From: Desulfobacterales bacterium
GTDB lineage: Bacteria > Desulfobacterota > Desulfobacteria > Desulfobacterales > UBA5852
Assembly: GCA_963674755.2 (NCBI GenBank)
Contig: CAXXVS010000002.1
Coordinates: 608,001 to 672,000, forward strand
Direction of reading: 5' to 3'
DNA length: 64,000 bases
In this document: piece by piece, positions 38,205-47,842 of the stretch
Layout of the letters: the number at the start of each line of letters is the position of its first letter
Position numbering within the stretch: the first letter of the stretch is position 1
Notes under the pieces: model-generated
Seen by the model: the letters and a program-made list of their open reading frames with translations, nothing else
Told to the model about the DNA's origin: nothing
Databases searched by the model: none
Program-made: the position numbers and the translations under genes

Positions 38205-41200
38205 TCATGTCTGGCCCGATCCGATTCCCATGGAACCTTTTTTCTGAATGCCCAGCCGCTTTATTTTGGAGTACAGGGTTTGCGGATTCAAACCGAGAAG
38301 CGCGGCGGCACCGTTTTTACCGCTGACTTTGCCCCCGCATCTTGCGAGTGCTTTCATGATGTATTGGCGCTCCATCTCCCGGAATGACAGGAAGACGCGC
38401 TCCTCCTGGACAGGGTCCGTCGTCCGGTAATCGGGGAAGATCAGTTCTTTATCCTTGGAGGAGATGACCGCCCGTTCCACCGCGTGTTTCAGTTCCCGCA
38501 CGTTGCCGGGCCACTGGTAGTTCGCCAGGGCCCTCAGCGACCGCTTATTGATGTTCTTGTAGTTCGTGCCGAACTTCTTATTGAACTGACGAACGAAATG
38601 GGAAACCAGCAGGGGAATATCTTCCCGGCGTTCGCGCAGGGGCGGAACGACGATCGGGTAGACGTTCAGCCGGTAGTAAAGATCGGATCGGAAGGCGCCC
38701 TTTTCCACGGCGCGGTCCAGCGGCTGGTTGGATGCCGCGATAAGCCGGAAATTGAGGTTGATGCGGGTTGTGCCGCCGACGCGTTCGCATGACCTTTCTT
38801 CCAGCACCCGCAACAACTTGCGCTGAATGTCAAGCGACAGGGAATTCACCTCGTCCAGGAAAAGGGTGCCGTTGTTGGCCAGTTCGAAACGGCCCCGGTG
38901 GGCGCGCAACGCATTGGTGAAGGCGCCCTTTTCATGGCCGAACAATTCGCTGGGAATCAGGTTTTCACTCAGCGAGGCGATGCTGACCGGGATAAACGGT
39001 CCGGCCGTGCGGTCGCTCAACTGATGAATGGCCTTGGCGACCAGTTCTTTACCGACCCCTGTTTCACCAAGGATCAGGACGGTGGTGTCGAAGTGCGCCA
39101 CGTCATTGATCCTAGCGACCACGTCTTGGATGGCTTGCGAAGCGCCAACAATGTTCTTGATTTGGCGTGCATTGGATGGTTCGCCCCGGTAGAAGAGCGC
39201 CTCTGCTTCCAATTGATCCTTCAATTCGGCGATCTCCTCATAAGCCCCGACATTGTCGAGGGCCACGGCCACCAGGGTGGAAATCGCCCTGAGCAGGGAC
39301 AAGATCCGTTCGGATACCGCGAAACCGCCGAGGTTTCTTTCGAGTAGAAAAACCCCCAGGATGCTTCCCTGGAGCGTGACCGGGTAGGCGATCCGCCAAC
39401 TGGTATCACTGTTGCCGGCACCCAGGGCAGGGCTGCCCGATACCTTGGACTGGACCGTTTTCTTTCCGGTTTTCATGACGCGGATGACGGATGCCATGGC
39501 GCCGCTCTCAGTCTCCATTTGAAAGCGGTCCGGTTCGATGTTGCGGCTGGCGATCATTTCGATCCCACGACCATTCTTCGGCACGAAAAAGCCGCCCCTT
39601 TCCGCGCCGGTCATTCGCATGGTCAAGGAGATCATCTTGTTGAGCAGCTCCCGCCGGCTGCGGATGGTGCCCAGGGTTTCACTGATTTCGATCATGGGAT
39701 CGAGCAGGTAGCCCTGGTGATCCTGTTTGGCAACGAGCGGTCTGAATTCTTCGGGGAATAGCTTCTCATTGACAAAACGCATCACCCCCCAGGCTTGGCG
39801 CAGCAGTTTTTCGGCCTGCTCGCGTTGGCCTGCCGGCATGAGCAAGCGGGCCATAAAAACTTCGCTGAACGCCAGATCCAGCCGGGCCCCGGACTGGTCG
39901 AGCAGTTCCATGCTCCGACGCAGGTCTTCCCGGGCTTGCGCAAGCGGCCCATTTCGTTTGACGGTCCGCTTGGCGCGGTAGTAGTAGCCCACGCCCTGCA
40001 TATAGAGATCCGGCCAGTGGATGACCCGTTCCACCTCGGAATCATAGTTCATCTCCGGGTGAACGAAGCCCGCGTCCTCCAGGGCGTCCATGTAGTCGAA
40101 ATTGATAGGGCCGCGATGATGCAGCATGCCAAGGGATTTGGCGTTGGCGTACGCCTCCTGCTGCATCTTGAGGCTCTCCTCGTATTTCCCCTGGCAGCTG
40201 AGGGTGTAAGCTTTTGCGGCGCACAGGGACCATTTGAGGTAGGCGTCCAGTTTATCCTGGGGGATGGCCAGCAACTCATCGATGATGGGTTCCGCTTCCG
40301 CGTCCCGGCGCGCGTCGTGCAGGGTGTTGATGGCGCGAACCTTGGCGTAGGCTTCAAGGTGATCCAGCTTCAGATCGACGGCCTTCTCCATGACGAAATT
40401 GATCAGACCGATCCCCCGGTTGGTTTGTCCGCATTTGCCGTAAATCCAGCCGAGCTGGGCGCAGGCCCGGAGAGAAGGTTCGTCGGGCGGCAGGGCCTCC
40501 AAATTGCCCAGGACGTTTTCATACCGCTCGATGGCGTCGGTCAAACGGCCCCGCCAGAACAGGAAATCCGTGGAAGACAGTGCCACATGCCGGACCAGGT
40601 TCGGCGAGTTGGAGCGGAGCGCCTTGTTCCAGGCCTTGTCGAAGTTGTCCGCGGCCTGTTCATAATCACCGAGTCCCTGGTAAACCCGGCCGAGACCCGC
40701 CAAAATCATGACTTCCCGATTGGGGTTGTTGTTGGCGTCCAACAGGGCAAGCGCGCTCGTCAGAAGCCGTTCCTGATCCCGCAGCGGGATGGCGCCCCCC
40801 TGAAAAAAACACAGCCCGATCACGCCGTCGGAATAGACGCGGTGGGCGCCATGGACGTCGGGTCGGCCCGGGCCGGAATCCACAACGAGCCGGTAGTATG
40901 CGACCGCGTCGTCCGGCAGGTTTTCGCCCAGGCAATACTCCGCAGCGCGAATCAGCACGGCGGTGTCCTTGGGCTCGATTCCCGATGTCTGGTAAAGATA
41001 GGCCAGCGCCATCCATAGGGAAGGACCCTCCCTGTATTCCGATTCGAACACGGAGAGCAGCCGTTCCGCCATGACGGTGGTTGTTTTTCTGCCAGACCAG
41101 CGCAGGATGTCGGGAATGGTTTCGGGATCGCGATAATGGTAATGTCCGATCCCAAGAGGGGCATAGACCTTCATGATTTTGGAATGAATCAACTGGTCGG

Positions 41201-41369
41201 CCAGTTGAAGGACCTTCACCGAGGGCGTTCCGGCCCCTTTGGCCCAGAGGTCGAGGGAGATCGGCGGAGGGATGAGGGCGGCGGCCAGGGCCAGGGCCTG
41301 CTCCTCAGGCGTCAACCGCTTCCAAGTCGTTGCACTGAATTTCAAAGGCGCTTCCTTCTTGTTGCTCAC
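38205..41369 (-). CDS. Large sigma-54-dependent enhancer-binding protein (TPR-like, GAF, AAA+ and HTH domains)
   Basis: [41 protein letters not shown] and a C-terminal HTH. Confidence 0.9.
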   Translation of the reverse strand: MSNKKEAPLKFSATTWKRLTPEEQALALAAALIPPPISLDLWAKGAGTPSVKVLQLADQLIHSKIMKVYAPLGIGHYHYRDPETIPDILRWSGRKTTTVMAERLLSVFESEYREGPSLWMALAYLYQTSGIEPKDTAVLIRAAEYCLGENLPDDAVAYYRLVVDSGPGRPDVHGAHRVYSDGVIGLCFFQGGAIPLRDQERLLTSALALLDANNNPNREVMILAGLGRVYQGLGDYEQAADNFDKAWNKALRSNSPNLVRHVALSSTDFLFWRGRLTDAIERYENVLGNLEALPPDEPSLRACAQLGWIYGKCGQTNRGIGLINFVMEKAVDLKLDHLEAYAKVRAINTLHDARRDAEAEPIIDELLAIPQDKLDAYLKWSLCAAKAYTLSCQGKYEESLKMQQEAYANAKSLGMLHHRGPINFDYMDALEDAGFVHPEMNYDSEVERVIHWPDLYMQGVGYYYRAKRTVKRNGPLAQAREDLRRSMELLDQSGARLDLAFSEVFMARLLMPAGQREQAEKLLRQAWGVMRFVNEKLFPEEFRPLVAKQDHQGYLLDPMIEISETLGTIRSRRELLNKMISLTMRMTGAERGGFFVPKNGRGIEMIASRNIEPDRFQMETESGAMASVIRVMKTGKKTVQSKVSGSPALGAGNSDTSWRIAYPVTLQGSILGVFLLERNLGGFAVSERILSLLRAISTLVAVALDNVGAYEEIAELKDQLEAEALFYRGEPSNARQIKNIVGASQAIQDVVARINDVAHFDTTVLILGETGVGKELVAKAIHQLSDRTAGPFIPVSIASLSENLIPSELFGHEKGAFTNALRAHRGRFELANNGTLFLDEVNSLSLDIQRKLLRVLEERSCERVGGTTRINLNFRLIAASNQPLDRAVEKGAFRSDLYYRLNVYPIVVPPLRERREDIPLLVSHFVRQFNKKFGTNYKNINKRSLRALANYQWPGNVRELKHAVERAVISSKDKELIFPDYRTTDPVQEERVFLSFREMERQYIMKALARCGGKVSGKNGAAALLGLNPQTLYSKIKRLGIQKKGSMGIGSGQT

Positions 41370-41612
41370 GCGCGGGTTGGACCACGATTCTTTGGAACCG
41401 GGCCATGTGGATTTATAAAATTATGTAATATAATAATTATTTTTACAATCATTCAAGCCTGCTCACCCGAATTGTTCGTCCCTGGCATCGTTCCCGAACT
41501 TGTCAGAAGCGCTCCGGGTATTGCTGGCATCGATTTAACTATTTGAAATTGAATGATTATTATAAAAATGCCACCGGCCTGGATTCCGGAAAAGACAAAT
41601 AACCGCCGCAGC

Positions 41613-41627
41613 TGGCACGCAGGTTGC
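41613..41627 (+). promoter_or_regulatory. Sigma-54 promoter of the DUF1638 gene
   Basis: TGGCAC-GCAGG-TTGC. Confidence 0.75.
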
Positions 41628-41701
41628 CATCATTGGAAGGCGATGGTCGGAAACTTCAGGTATGGGGGGGCAAGCCCCCTTGGAAAAACATGGGACCCAC
41701 A

Positions 41702-42457
41702 ATGAACAAGACGAGCCAACATCCAATCCTTATTGGTTGTGAAACCATCATTACGGAAGCGCTCCCCTTTCTGGATCGGCCGATATCCTTTGAAGCGGTT
41801 GAGGCGGGGCTCCATGCCGACGCGGCGCGGCTGACGACCGCGCTTCGGGCCGCCGCCGCAAGGGCGGATGGCCGTTTCGATCCCATCATTCTTGGCTATG
41901 GCCTGTGCGCCAACGCCGTCGTGGGGATCAAAACCGAAAAGAGCACCCTGATCGTGCCCCGCGTGGATGACTGCATCGCCGCGATGCTGGGATCCTCGGC
42001 GACCTACCGTGCGGTTATGAAAGAAAATCCCGGCGCTTTTTTTCTTTCCCGCGGATGGATCATCAGCGGCATCACGCCCTTGGATGAATTCCGCCAATTG
42101 AGCGAACGCTACGGTGAAGCACGCGCGCGCCGGCTGCAAAAACAGATGTTCCGGCATTACCAACAGCTGGTTTATGTGGATACCAAGGGGGATGACGATT
42201 CCGGATACGAGGCGCAGGCCAGCGCGGTCGCCGGGCATATGGAATTGGCCTATCAGAAAATCAAGGGTACGGCTGATCTGATCAAGACTATGGTCCAGGG
42301 CCCCTGGGATGATCGTTTCATCGTCTGCCCGCCGGGCCGGGCCATTGCGTTGTCAGATTTCGCCCTTCCCGAAGCATCGCCGCAGGGCCTGCTTCGCGAC
42401 CGGCATGGCCACCGGAAGGCAGAAAATGGTGCAGGCCCAAAATGCCAACCCTCCTAA
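41702..42457 (+). CDS. DUF1638-family protein (corrinoid-system associated)
   Basis: IGC, GLH, GYGLCANAVVG, PRVDDCIAAMLGS and LSRGW. Confidence 0.8.
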   Translation: MNKTSQHPILIGCETIITEALPFLDRPISFEAVEAGLHADAARLTTALRAAAARADGRFDPIILGYGLCANAVVGIKTEKSTLIVPRVDDCIAAMLGSSATYRAVMKENPGAFFLSRGWIISGITPLDEFRQLSERYGEARARRLQKQMFRHYQQLVYVDTKGDDDSGYEAQASAVAGHMELAYQKIKGTADLIKTMVQGPWDDRFIVCPPGRAIALSDFALPEASPQGLLRDRHGHRKAENGAGPKCQPS

Positions 42458-42483
42458 CCAAACAGATGGGCGGCGGTGCGCTG

Positions 42484-42845
42484 TCAGGCCTTTCTTTCAG
42501 CCGCCGGGCGGCCGAAAGGGATGCCCAGCTTGCGCATGCGGGAGCGCAGGGTATTGGGGTTGATGCCGATGATTTCCGCTGCTCCGCCCGGTCCGTGGAT
42601 CTTGCCGCCGGTATGCTGCAGAACCCAGGTAATGTAGCGGCGGCTCACGGTTTCCCAGGGTTCTAGCGGGGCAGTGGCAGGTGGTGCGGGCGGCGGCGGC
42701 GCTGAAGCGGGCCGCAGGCCTTCGAACCGCAGGGGCCACTGTGGCCCTGCTGCCGGATCAATTCCCGTTCCACTGCGTTCTCAAGTTCCCGCACATTGCC
42801 CGGCCAGGGATAGGCTTGCAGCCGCGTCAGGGCTTCTTCCGGCTC
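42484..42845 (-). pseudogene. Frameshifted 3' remnant of a second sigma-54 regulator
   Basis: [19 protein letters not shown] in one frame and HTH GGKIHGPGGAAEIIGINPNTLRSRMRKLG in another; no N-terminus; abuts repeat copy E. Confidence 0.8.
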
Positions 42846-42854
42846 CGGTTCTGT

Positions 42855-43008
42855 CGGTGATGGGCCGAGTCCCCGAATGGGGATCAATCCACCTTTGGCG
42901 GACAAGCCGGTGTTTCCGCCCTTTGGAAATCTGCGCCGCAGCCCAGCTGCGCTTCCGGTTCCCAAATCACGGCGGCCTTGACTGCACCCAAAATCTGCCA
43001 TTTATGAC
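42855..43008. repeat. MITE/REP-like dispersed repeat, copy E (one end missing)
   Basis: TGGGCCGAGTCCCCGAATGGGGATCAATCCACC matches the reverse complement of about 55614-55646 with 1 mismatch; ends AAAATCTGCCATTTATG. Confidence 0.75.
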
Positions 43009-43090
43009 ACCGCCTGCCATCGATAGGGGAACCACTGGGGAAACACCGACAGGGGCCGTATCCTCCTGCGGGTCCGTTGGCCGCGAACGG

Positions 43091-44140
43091 TCAGCGGTCC
43101 CAGGAGAAAAGAACGGCGCCCAGGCCCAGAAATAAACCGGTCATCATCACCAGCACGAGTATCTCAGGCATCACGTCGAGCAGGCCGGCCCCGTCGTTCA
43201 TGATCTTGCGGACCCCCCTCAGGAGGTGGGTGAGGGGAAAAATTTGGGCGAACTGCTTGACCCATCCGGGAGCGCCTTCGAGGGAGAACCAGACCTCGGA
43301 GAGGAACATCATGGGCCAAGAGATGAAATTGAGGATGCCGGTGGTAAATTCCTCGCTCGTCCCCCGGGCCGCCAATACCAGCCCCAGGGCGGTCAGGCTC
43401 AGGCTGCCCAGGAAAAACATGACGAAGATGCTGACCAGGGACCCTGCGACGTTGAAATGGAATATCAGGTCGCAGCCGAACCAGACCACGAGCAGGGTGA
43501 ACATCAACAGAAAAAGCCGCGAGAGCATCTGGGCGCTCAGGTATTCGAAGGCGGTCAGCGGGGTGGCTTTCAGCCGCCGCAAGGCGCCGTTTTTGCGGTA
43601 GCGCACGACGATGTAGCCCACCCCCCACAGGGCGCTGAACATCATGTTCATGGCCAGAATGCCCGGGAAAAGCCAGTCGATGTAACGGATCTCGGTACTG
43701 TGGATCTGCTCCCGTTGCAGGAGGGCCGGATCCGGTGGACCGCTGAGGCTGGCCTGGAAGATTTTTTCGGCCAGCTGCCCCTGGGGAGAGCTGTCGTTGA
43801 TCCAGTAGCGGTAGGGCGGTGATCCGGCGCGCACCACCAGGTCCACTTTGTGGTGGCGCAGTTTTGCCAGGGCTTCTTCCCGGGTGGCAAACCCCACGAA
43901 TTGCAAAAAACGTGTTTTTTTGAAGGCTTCGGGAAGCTTCAGCTCCGCCACCGGCAGGGGATTGCGCGTTGCGGGAAATACGCCGATCTTGTAGGCGGTG
44001 TATTCCTTGCCACCGAAGAGAATGCCGAACCCGGCCACCAGCAGAAAAGGGAACAGGAAGTTCCAGCCAAAGGAGGCCCGGTCGCGGAAGAACTCCCAGT
44101 TGCGGGCCTTGAACATGATCCATATGCGTTTGAAGCGCAT
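43091..44140 (-). CDS. ABC-2 type exporter permease
   Basis: RYIDWLFPGILAM, LRRLKATP and FPLTH. Confidence 0.88.
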   Translation of the reverse strand: MRFKRIWIMFKARNWEFFRDRASFGWNFLFPFLLVAGFGILFGGKEYTAYKIGVFPATRNPLPVAELKLPEAFKKTRFLQFVGFATREEALAKLRHHKVDLVVRAGSPPYRYWINDSSPQGQLAEKIFQASLSGPPDPALLQREQIHSTEIRYIDWLFPGILAMNMMFSALWGVGYIVVRYRKNGALRRLKATPLTAFEYLSAQMLSRLFLLMFTLLVVWFGCDLIFHFNVAGSLVSIFVMFFLGSLSLTALGLVLAARGTSEEFTTGILNFISWPMMFLSEVWFSLEGAPGWVKQFAQIFPLTHLLRGVRKIMNDGAGLLDVMPEILVLVMMTGLFLGLGAVLFSWDR

Positions 44141-44148
44141 TGGCTAAT

Positions 44149-45033
44149 CTAATCCCTTAAATGTCTTCCGGTCAGATTGAGAAAGACGTGTTCGAGGTTC
44201 GGCGAATTTACGGACATGTCGGACAAATCCACTTCGCAGGACAATAGCTGTTTGAGACAGGCATCGATATTGGATGTCTGGATGTGGACGGCCCCGTTGA
44301 TTTCTTTCAAATCGAGCGGCAGGGCCGTAGGCGGCTTTTTGAAACTGCGGCGGGGCAGAACCACGGTCACACCATGGCAATGGGTGCGGATCAGCGCCTC
44401 GGGGGCACCCCGGGCGATGATGCGGCCGTGGTCCATGATGGCCACCTCGTCGCAAAGGTGCTGGGCCTCTTCCATATAATGGGTGGTGAGAACGATGGTC
44501 TTGCCCGAGGCCTTGATGGTATTGACGATATGCCACAGGTTGTGCCGGGCCTGGGGGTCGAGACCGGTGGAAGGCTCATCCAGAAACACCAGGTGAGGGC
44601 GGTTCACAAGCGCCAGGGCCAGCAGAAAACGCTGGCGTTGACCACCGGAAAGCTTTTCATGGCGTTGGTGCTTGAACTCCTGCAGCTGGCATTGATCCAC
44701 CAGGACGTCCAGATCTTCCGTCTCTTCATAGAGCCCCTTGAAAATCTGCAGGGTTTCCCAGACGGTCAGCATGGCCAGCAGGGATGTGTTCTGAAATTGA
44801 ATGCCCACCTCGTTTTTGAATTGGTTCGTGCGGGCCCGCCCCCGGTAGAGAATGTCGCCCGAGGTGGATGCCAGGATATTTTCAATCACTTCGAGGGTGG
44901 TGGTCTTGCCGGCTCCGTTGGGTCCCAGCAGACCGAAGCAGATGCCCTGTCCGATGGCAAAGCTGATATCGTCCACTGCCGTCAGGGCGCCGTATTTTTT
45001 GACCAGATGCTGAACCTCGAGAAGGGGGGCCAT
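44149..45033 (-). CDS. ABC exporter ATP-binding protein
   Basis: GPNGAGKTT, LSGGQRQR, DEPSTGLD and TTHYMEEA. Confidence 0.92.
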   Translation of the reverse strand: MAPLLEVQHLVKKYGALTAVDDISFAIGQGICFGLLGPNGAGKTTTLEVIENILASTSGDILYRGRARTNQFKNEVGIQFQNTSLLAMLTVWETLQIFKGLYEETEDLDVLVDQCQLQEFKHQRHEKLSGGQRQRFLLALALVNRPHLVFLDEPSTGLDPQARHNLWHIVNTIKASGKTIVLTTHYMEEAQHLCDEVAIMDHGRIIARGAPEALIRTHCHGVTVVLPRRSFKKPPTALPLDLKEINGAVHIQTSNIDACLKQLLSCEVDLSDMSVNSPNLEHVFLNLTGRHLRD

Positions 45034-45203
45034 GGTTTCCTTTCCGGTTGGATTTTCCGTCTCCGCAATTTTGAACATTTCGGGAGATCTGGCAAGTCTA
45101 ATCCGCTATTTTGTGCGCTGCTGAGAAACATGGTATGAGGTGGTTCGGTTAAACCCCGGCGAAGCCGCTGTTGGCCCGGATCCATGATGCGGAGCGAAAT
45201 CGA

Positions 45204-45974
45204 ATGCGCTATTTATTGGCACTGGTGATGGTGTTTTCCCTGCTGGGCGTCTGCCAGGCCGAGCTGCGCATTCTGGGCGAAGTATCCCCTCCGGGTGAAT
45301 ACCTGGATGCGGGCGGCCGGCCGGCCGGCGTGACCGTCGCGCTGGTCAGGGAATTGCTATGCCGTCTGAAGGTTCGGGCCACCATCCAGATCCTGCCCTG
45401 GAAGCGGGCCTACCAGATGGGGCTCGATGAACACGACGTGGTCCTTATGGAGACCACCCGCACGCCGGAGCGCGAAAACCGCTTTAAATGGGTTGGCCCC
45501 ATTTTGATTGTGAAGCGAATTGTTTACGGCATGGATACCTATGACAAGCCGTTGAAAACGATCGCGGATTTGCGGCAGGGCGGCACCATTTGCGTGCTGC
45601 GGGGCAGTTCCAATGAACGTTACCTGCAGTCCCTGGACATCACCCGGATGAATGCCGTGACGGTGCCGGCCCAGTGTCTCAAAATGCTGGCGGCCGATCG
45701 TGTGCCGCTTTTCTACACTTGCGAAATCGGCATGGATGGTCTGCTGAAGGAGCAGGGCCTGGCCGCCGACCGGGTTAAAGCCCTGCTCGACCTCAAAAAA
45801 GAATATCTCTACCTGGCCTTTTCCAAGGATGTCAGTGATGCCTGCATCCGTCGCTGGCGGGACGCACTGGAAACAGCCAAACGCGATGGCACGGTAGCGC
45901 ACATCTACCAAGGCGTTTATTCCCCTGGAACCATAAGGGAGATTTGTCGGCCCGGCGATCCCCTGGCGCATTAA
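45204..45974 (+). CDS. Orphan periplasmic substrate-binding protein (family 3-like)
   Basis: Signal peptide, LPWKRA, RTPERE..FKWVGP and YLAFSK. Confidence 0.8.
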   Translation: MRYLLALVMVFSLLGVCQAELRILGEVSPPGEYLDAGGRPAGVTVALVRELLCRLKVRATIQILPWKRAYQMGLDEHDVVLMETTRTPERENRFKWVGPILIVKRIVYGMDTYDKPLKTIADLRQGGTICVLRGSSNERYLQSLDITRMNAVTVPAQCLKMLAADRVPLFYTCEIGMDGLLKEQGLAADRVKALLDLKKEYLYLAFSKDVSDACIRRWRDALETAKRDGTVAHIYQGVYSPGTIREICRPGDPLAH

Positions 45975-46120
45975 TGAGGCCTTATCAAGGCCTGGCTCCC
46001 GCCGCAAAGCAAATTGAAGCTGCCTTTCCTGACGTCTGCTTACACATTGCCCTTGACGGCGATCCGAGGTTTGTGAATCTAATCTTCTCCCTTTTTTCAT
46101 CGGGAGCCTGGTATACGCGC

Positions 46121-46972
46121 ATGAGTCCACGCAATCGAATTTTCCTGCTGATTATGATCATGTCCGCGATCGTGGTGACGGTCGAATCCATCACGATTGG
46201 CCTTCTCTATCAAACCGCCTTCGAACAGGAGCGGCTGCGTCTTGTGGAGACCGCCAAGAGTCAGGCCCGGCTCATCGAAGCGGTGGCGCGCTTCGATGAG
46301 GTATACAGTGCGGATTTTCCTTCGGGTGCCCGGCAAGCCACGCTCAACCAAATTCAAGACGCCCATTCCCGATATCAGGGCTTTGGCGAAACGGGAGAAT
46401 TCACGCTCTCGAAAAAGGAAAACAACCAGATCGTGTTCCTCTTGAATCATCGCCATTACGATCTCAACCATCCCCAACCGGTCCCCTGGGATTCCAAGCT
46501 GGCCGAACCCATGCGGCTGGCATTGTCGGGAAAGTCGGGAACCATCGTGGGGCTCGATTATCGGGGGGTGCGCGTCCTGGCCGCCCATGAGCCCGTGGAG
46601 GAACTGAATCTGGGAATCGTGGCCAAGATCGATCTTTCCGAGATCCGGGCGCCGTTCATACGAGCCGGCTTACTCAGCACCCTGATTGCGGTTATTGCGA
46701 TTGTCATCGGCGCGGCGGTCTTCATCAAAATTACGGAGCCGATTCTCGAAAAGCTGCGTCAGGCCGTAATGGTGTTGGAAAGGGCATTGAAAGAGGTGAA
46801 AACGCTGCGGGGGATCGTCCCCATCTGCTCCTTCTGCAAGAAGATTCGCAACGACAAGGGCTATTGGGACCAGGTGGAAGTTTATGTCAAGGAACACACC
46901 GAAGCCGATTTCAGCCATGGCATCTGCCCGGCCTGTATGCAACAGCACTACCCGGATCTGATGGACCAATAA
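46121..46972 (+). CDS. 2-TM membrane sensor with Cache-like domain and C-terminal CxxC...HGICPxC domain
   Basis: TM, then GLDYRGVRVLAA, TM, then LRGIVPICSFCKKIR...FSHGICPAC. Confidence 0.7.
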   Translation: MSPRNRIFLLIMIMSAIVVTVESITIGLLYQTAFEQERLRLVETAKSQARLIEAVARFDEVYSADFPSGARQATLNQIQDAHSRYQGFGETGEFTLSKKENNQIVFLLNHRHYDLNHPQPVPWDSKLAEPMRLALSGKSGTIVGLDYRGVRVLAAHEPVEELNLGIVAKIDLSEIRAPFIRAGLLSTLIAVIAIVIGAAVFIKITEPILEKLRQAVMVLERALKEVKTLRGIVPICSFCKKIRNDKGYWDQVEVYVKEHTEADFSHGICPACMQQHYPDLMDQ

Positions 46973-47220
46973 ACACCGTGACGCTAGCGGGCGCAGAGGC
47001 GGGAGGCATGATCTGCTTTGATGGGGTGTCCCCCGAGGTGGCCCTGTCGGCGGCGCGGACCAAATGGATCAGCGAGGGTCCCGACCGCATGCCAACCCGG
47101 TTGAAACCGGCCGGCCAATACGCAAGGAAAGCTCTGCGAGGAGCATGCGCCGGGCGTTTATCCCATCTTTGAAAATGAGGTTTGAAATATCCCCTTGCGG
47201 GAATCCGGAAGGCCCTGATC

Positions 47221-47646
47221 ATGACAACCGACCGCGCAAAACAGATTGAAGCGTATATCCGGCAGGACCCCTTTGCCCAACGACTGGGGGCTAGCGTTGA
47301 AATCCTCGCGCCAGGCCACAGCCGCGTTACCCTGGCCATAACCGAGGACATGGCCAATTTCCATGGCATGACCCACGGCGGGGTGGTTTTCGCCCTGGGG
47401 GACATGGCATTTGCCGCAGCCAGCAATTCCCGCGGCCAGACCGCGGTCGCCTTGAATGTGGCCATCAATTTCCTGAAAGCCACCCGCCCCGGCGATCGGC
47501 TGGTGGCTGAAGCGCGGGAACAGCATGCGGCCGGACCGACGGCGCTATATGACATCACCATTCGGGACGCGATCACGGGTGATCTGGTGGCCCGAAGCCA
47601 GGACCTGGTCTATCGCAAGAAGGACTGGTTCGTGCCCGAAGCCTGA
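47221..47646 (+). CDS. Hotdog-fold thioesterase (PaaI-like)
   Basis: NFHGMTHGG..F.LGD.AFAAASNS. Confidence 0.85.
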   Translation: MTTDRAKQIEAYIRQDPFAQRLGASVEILAPGHSRVTLAITEDMANFHGMTHGGVVFALGDMAFAAASNSRGQTAVALNVAINFLKATRPGDRLVAEAREQHAAGPTALYDITIRDAITGDLVARSQDLVYRKKDWFVPEA

Positions 47647-47842
47647 CGGCCGACCGCTGCACGGCCCGGCCGCGGGGCGAGGGCGGCGGGTGCTCCGGGA
47701 AGAATTGAAAACGCTATGGTTTCGTTAGGTTCCGCTTTACCAGGCCGGCCCGTCTTGTTATGATCCGGGCAAGCCGTGCCGTTTTGTCCGGGACGGCGCC
47801 ATCGGCATCGCCAAGCCAACCAGCGGCCACCACGGGTATTCT

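Noticed and set aside
39795..41018. 407-aa plus-strand ORF
   Set aside because: Antisense shadow of the bEBP gene
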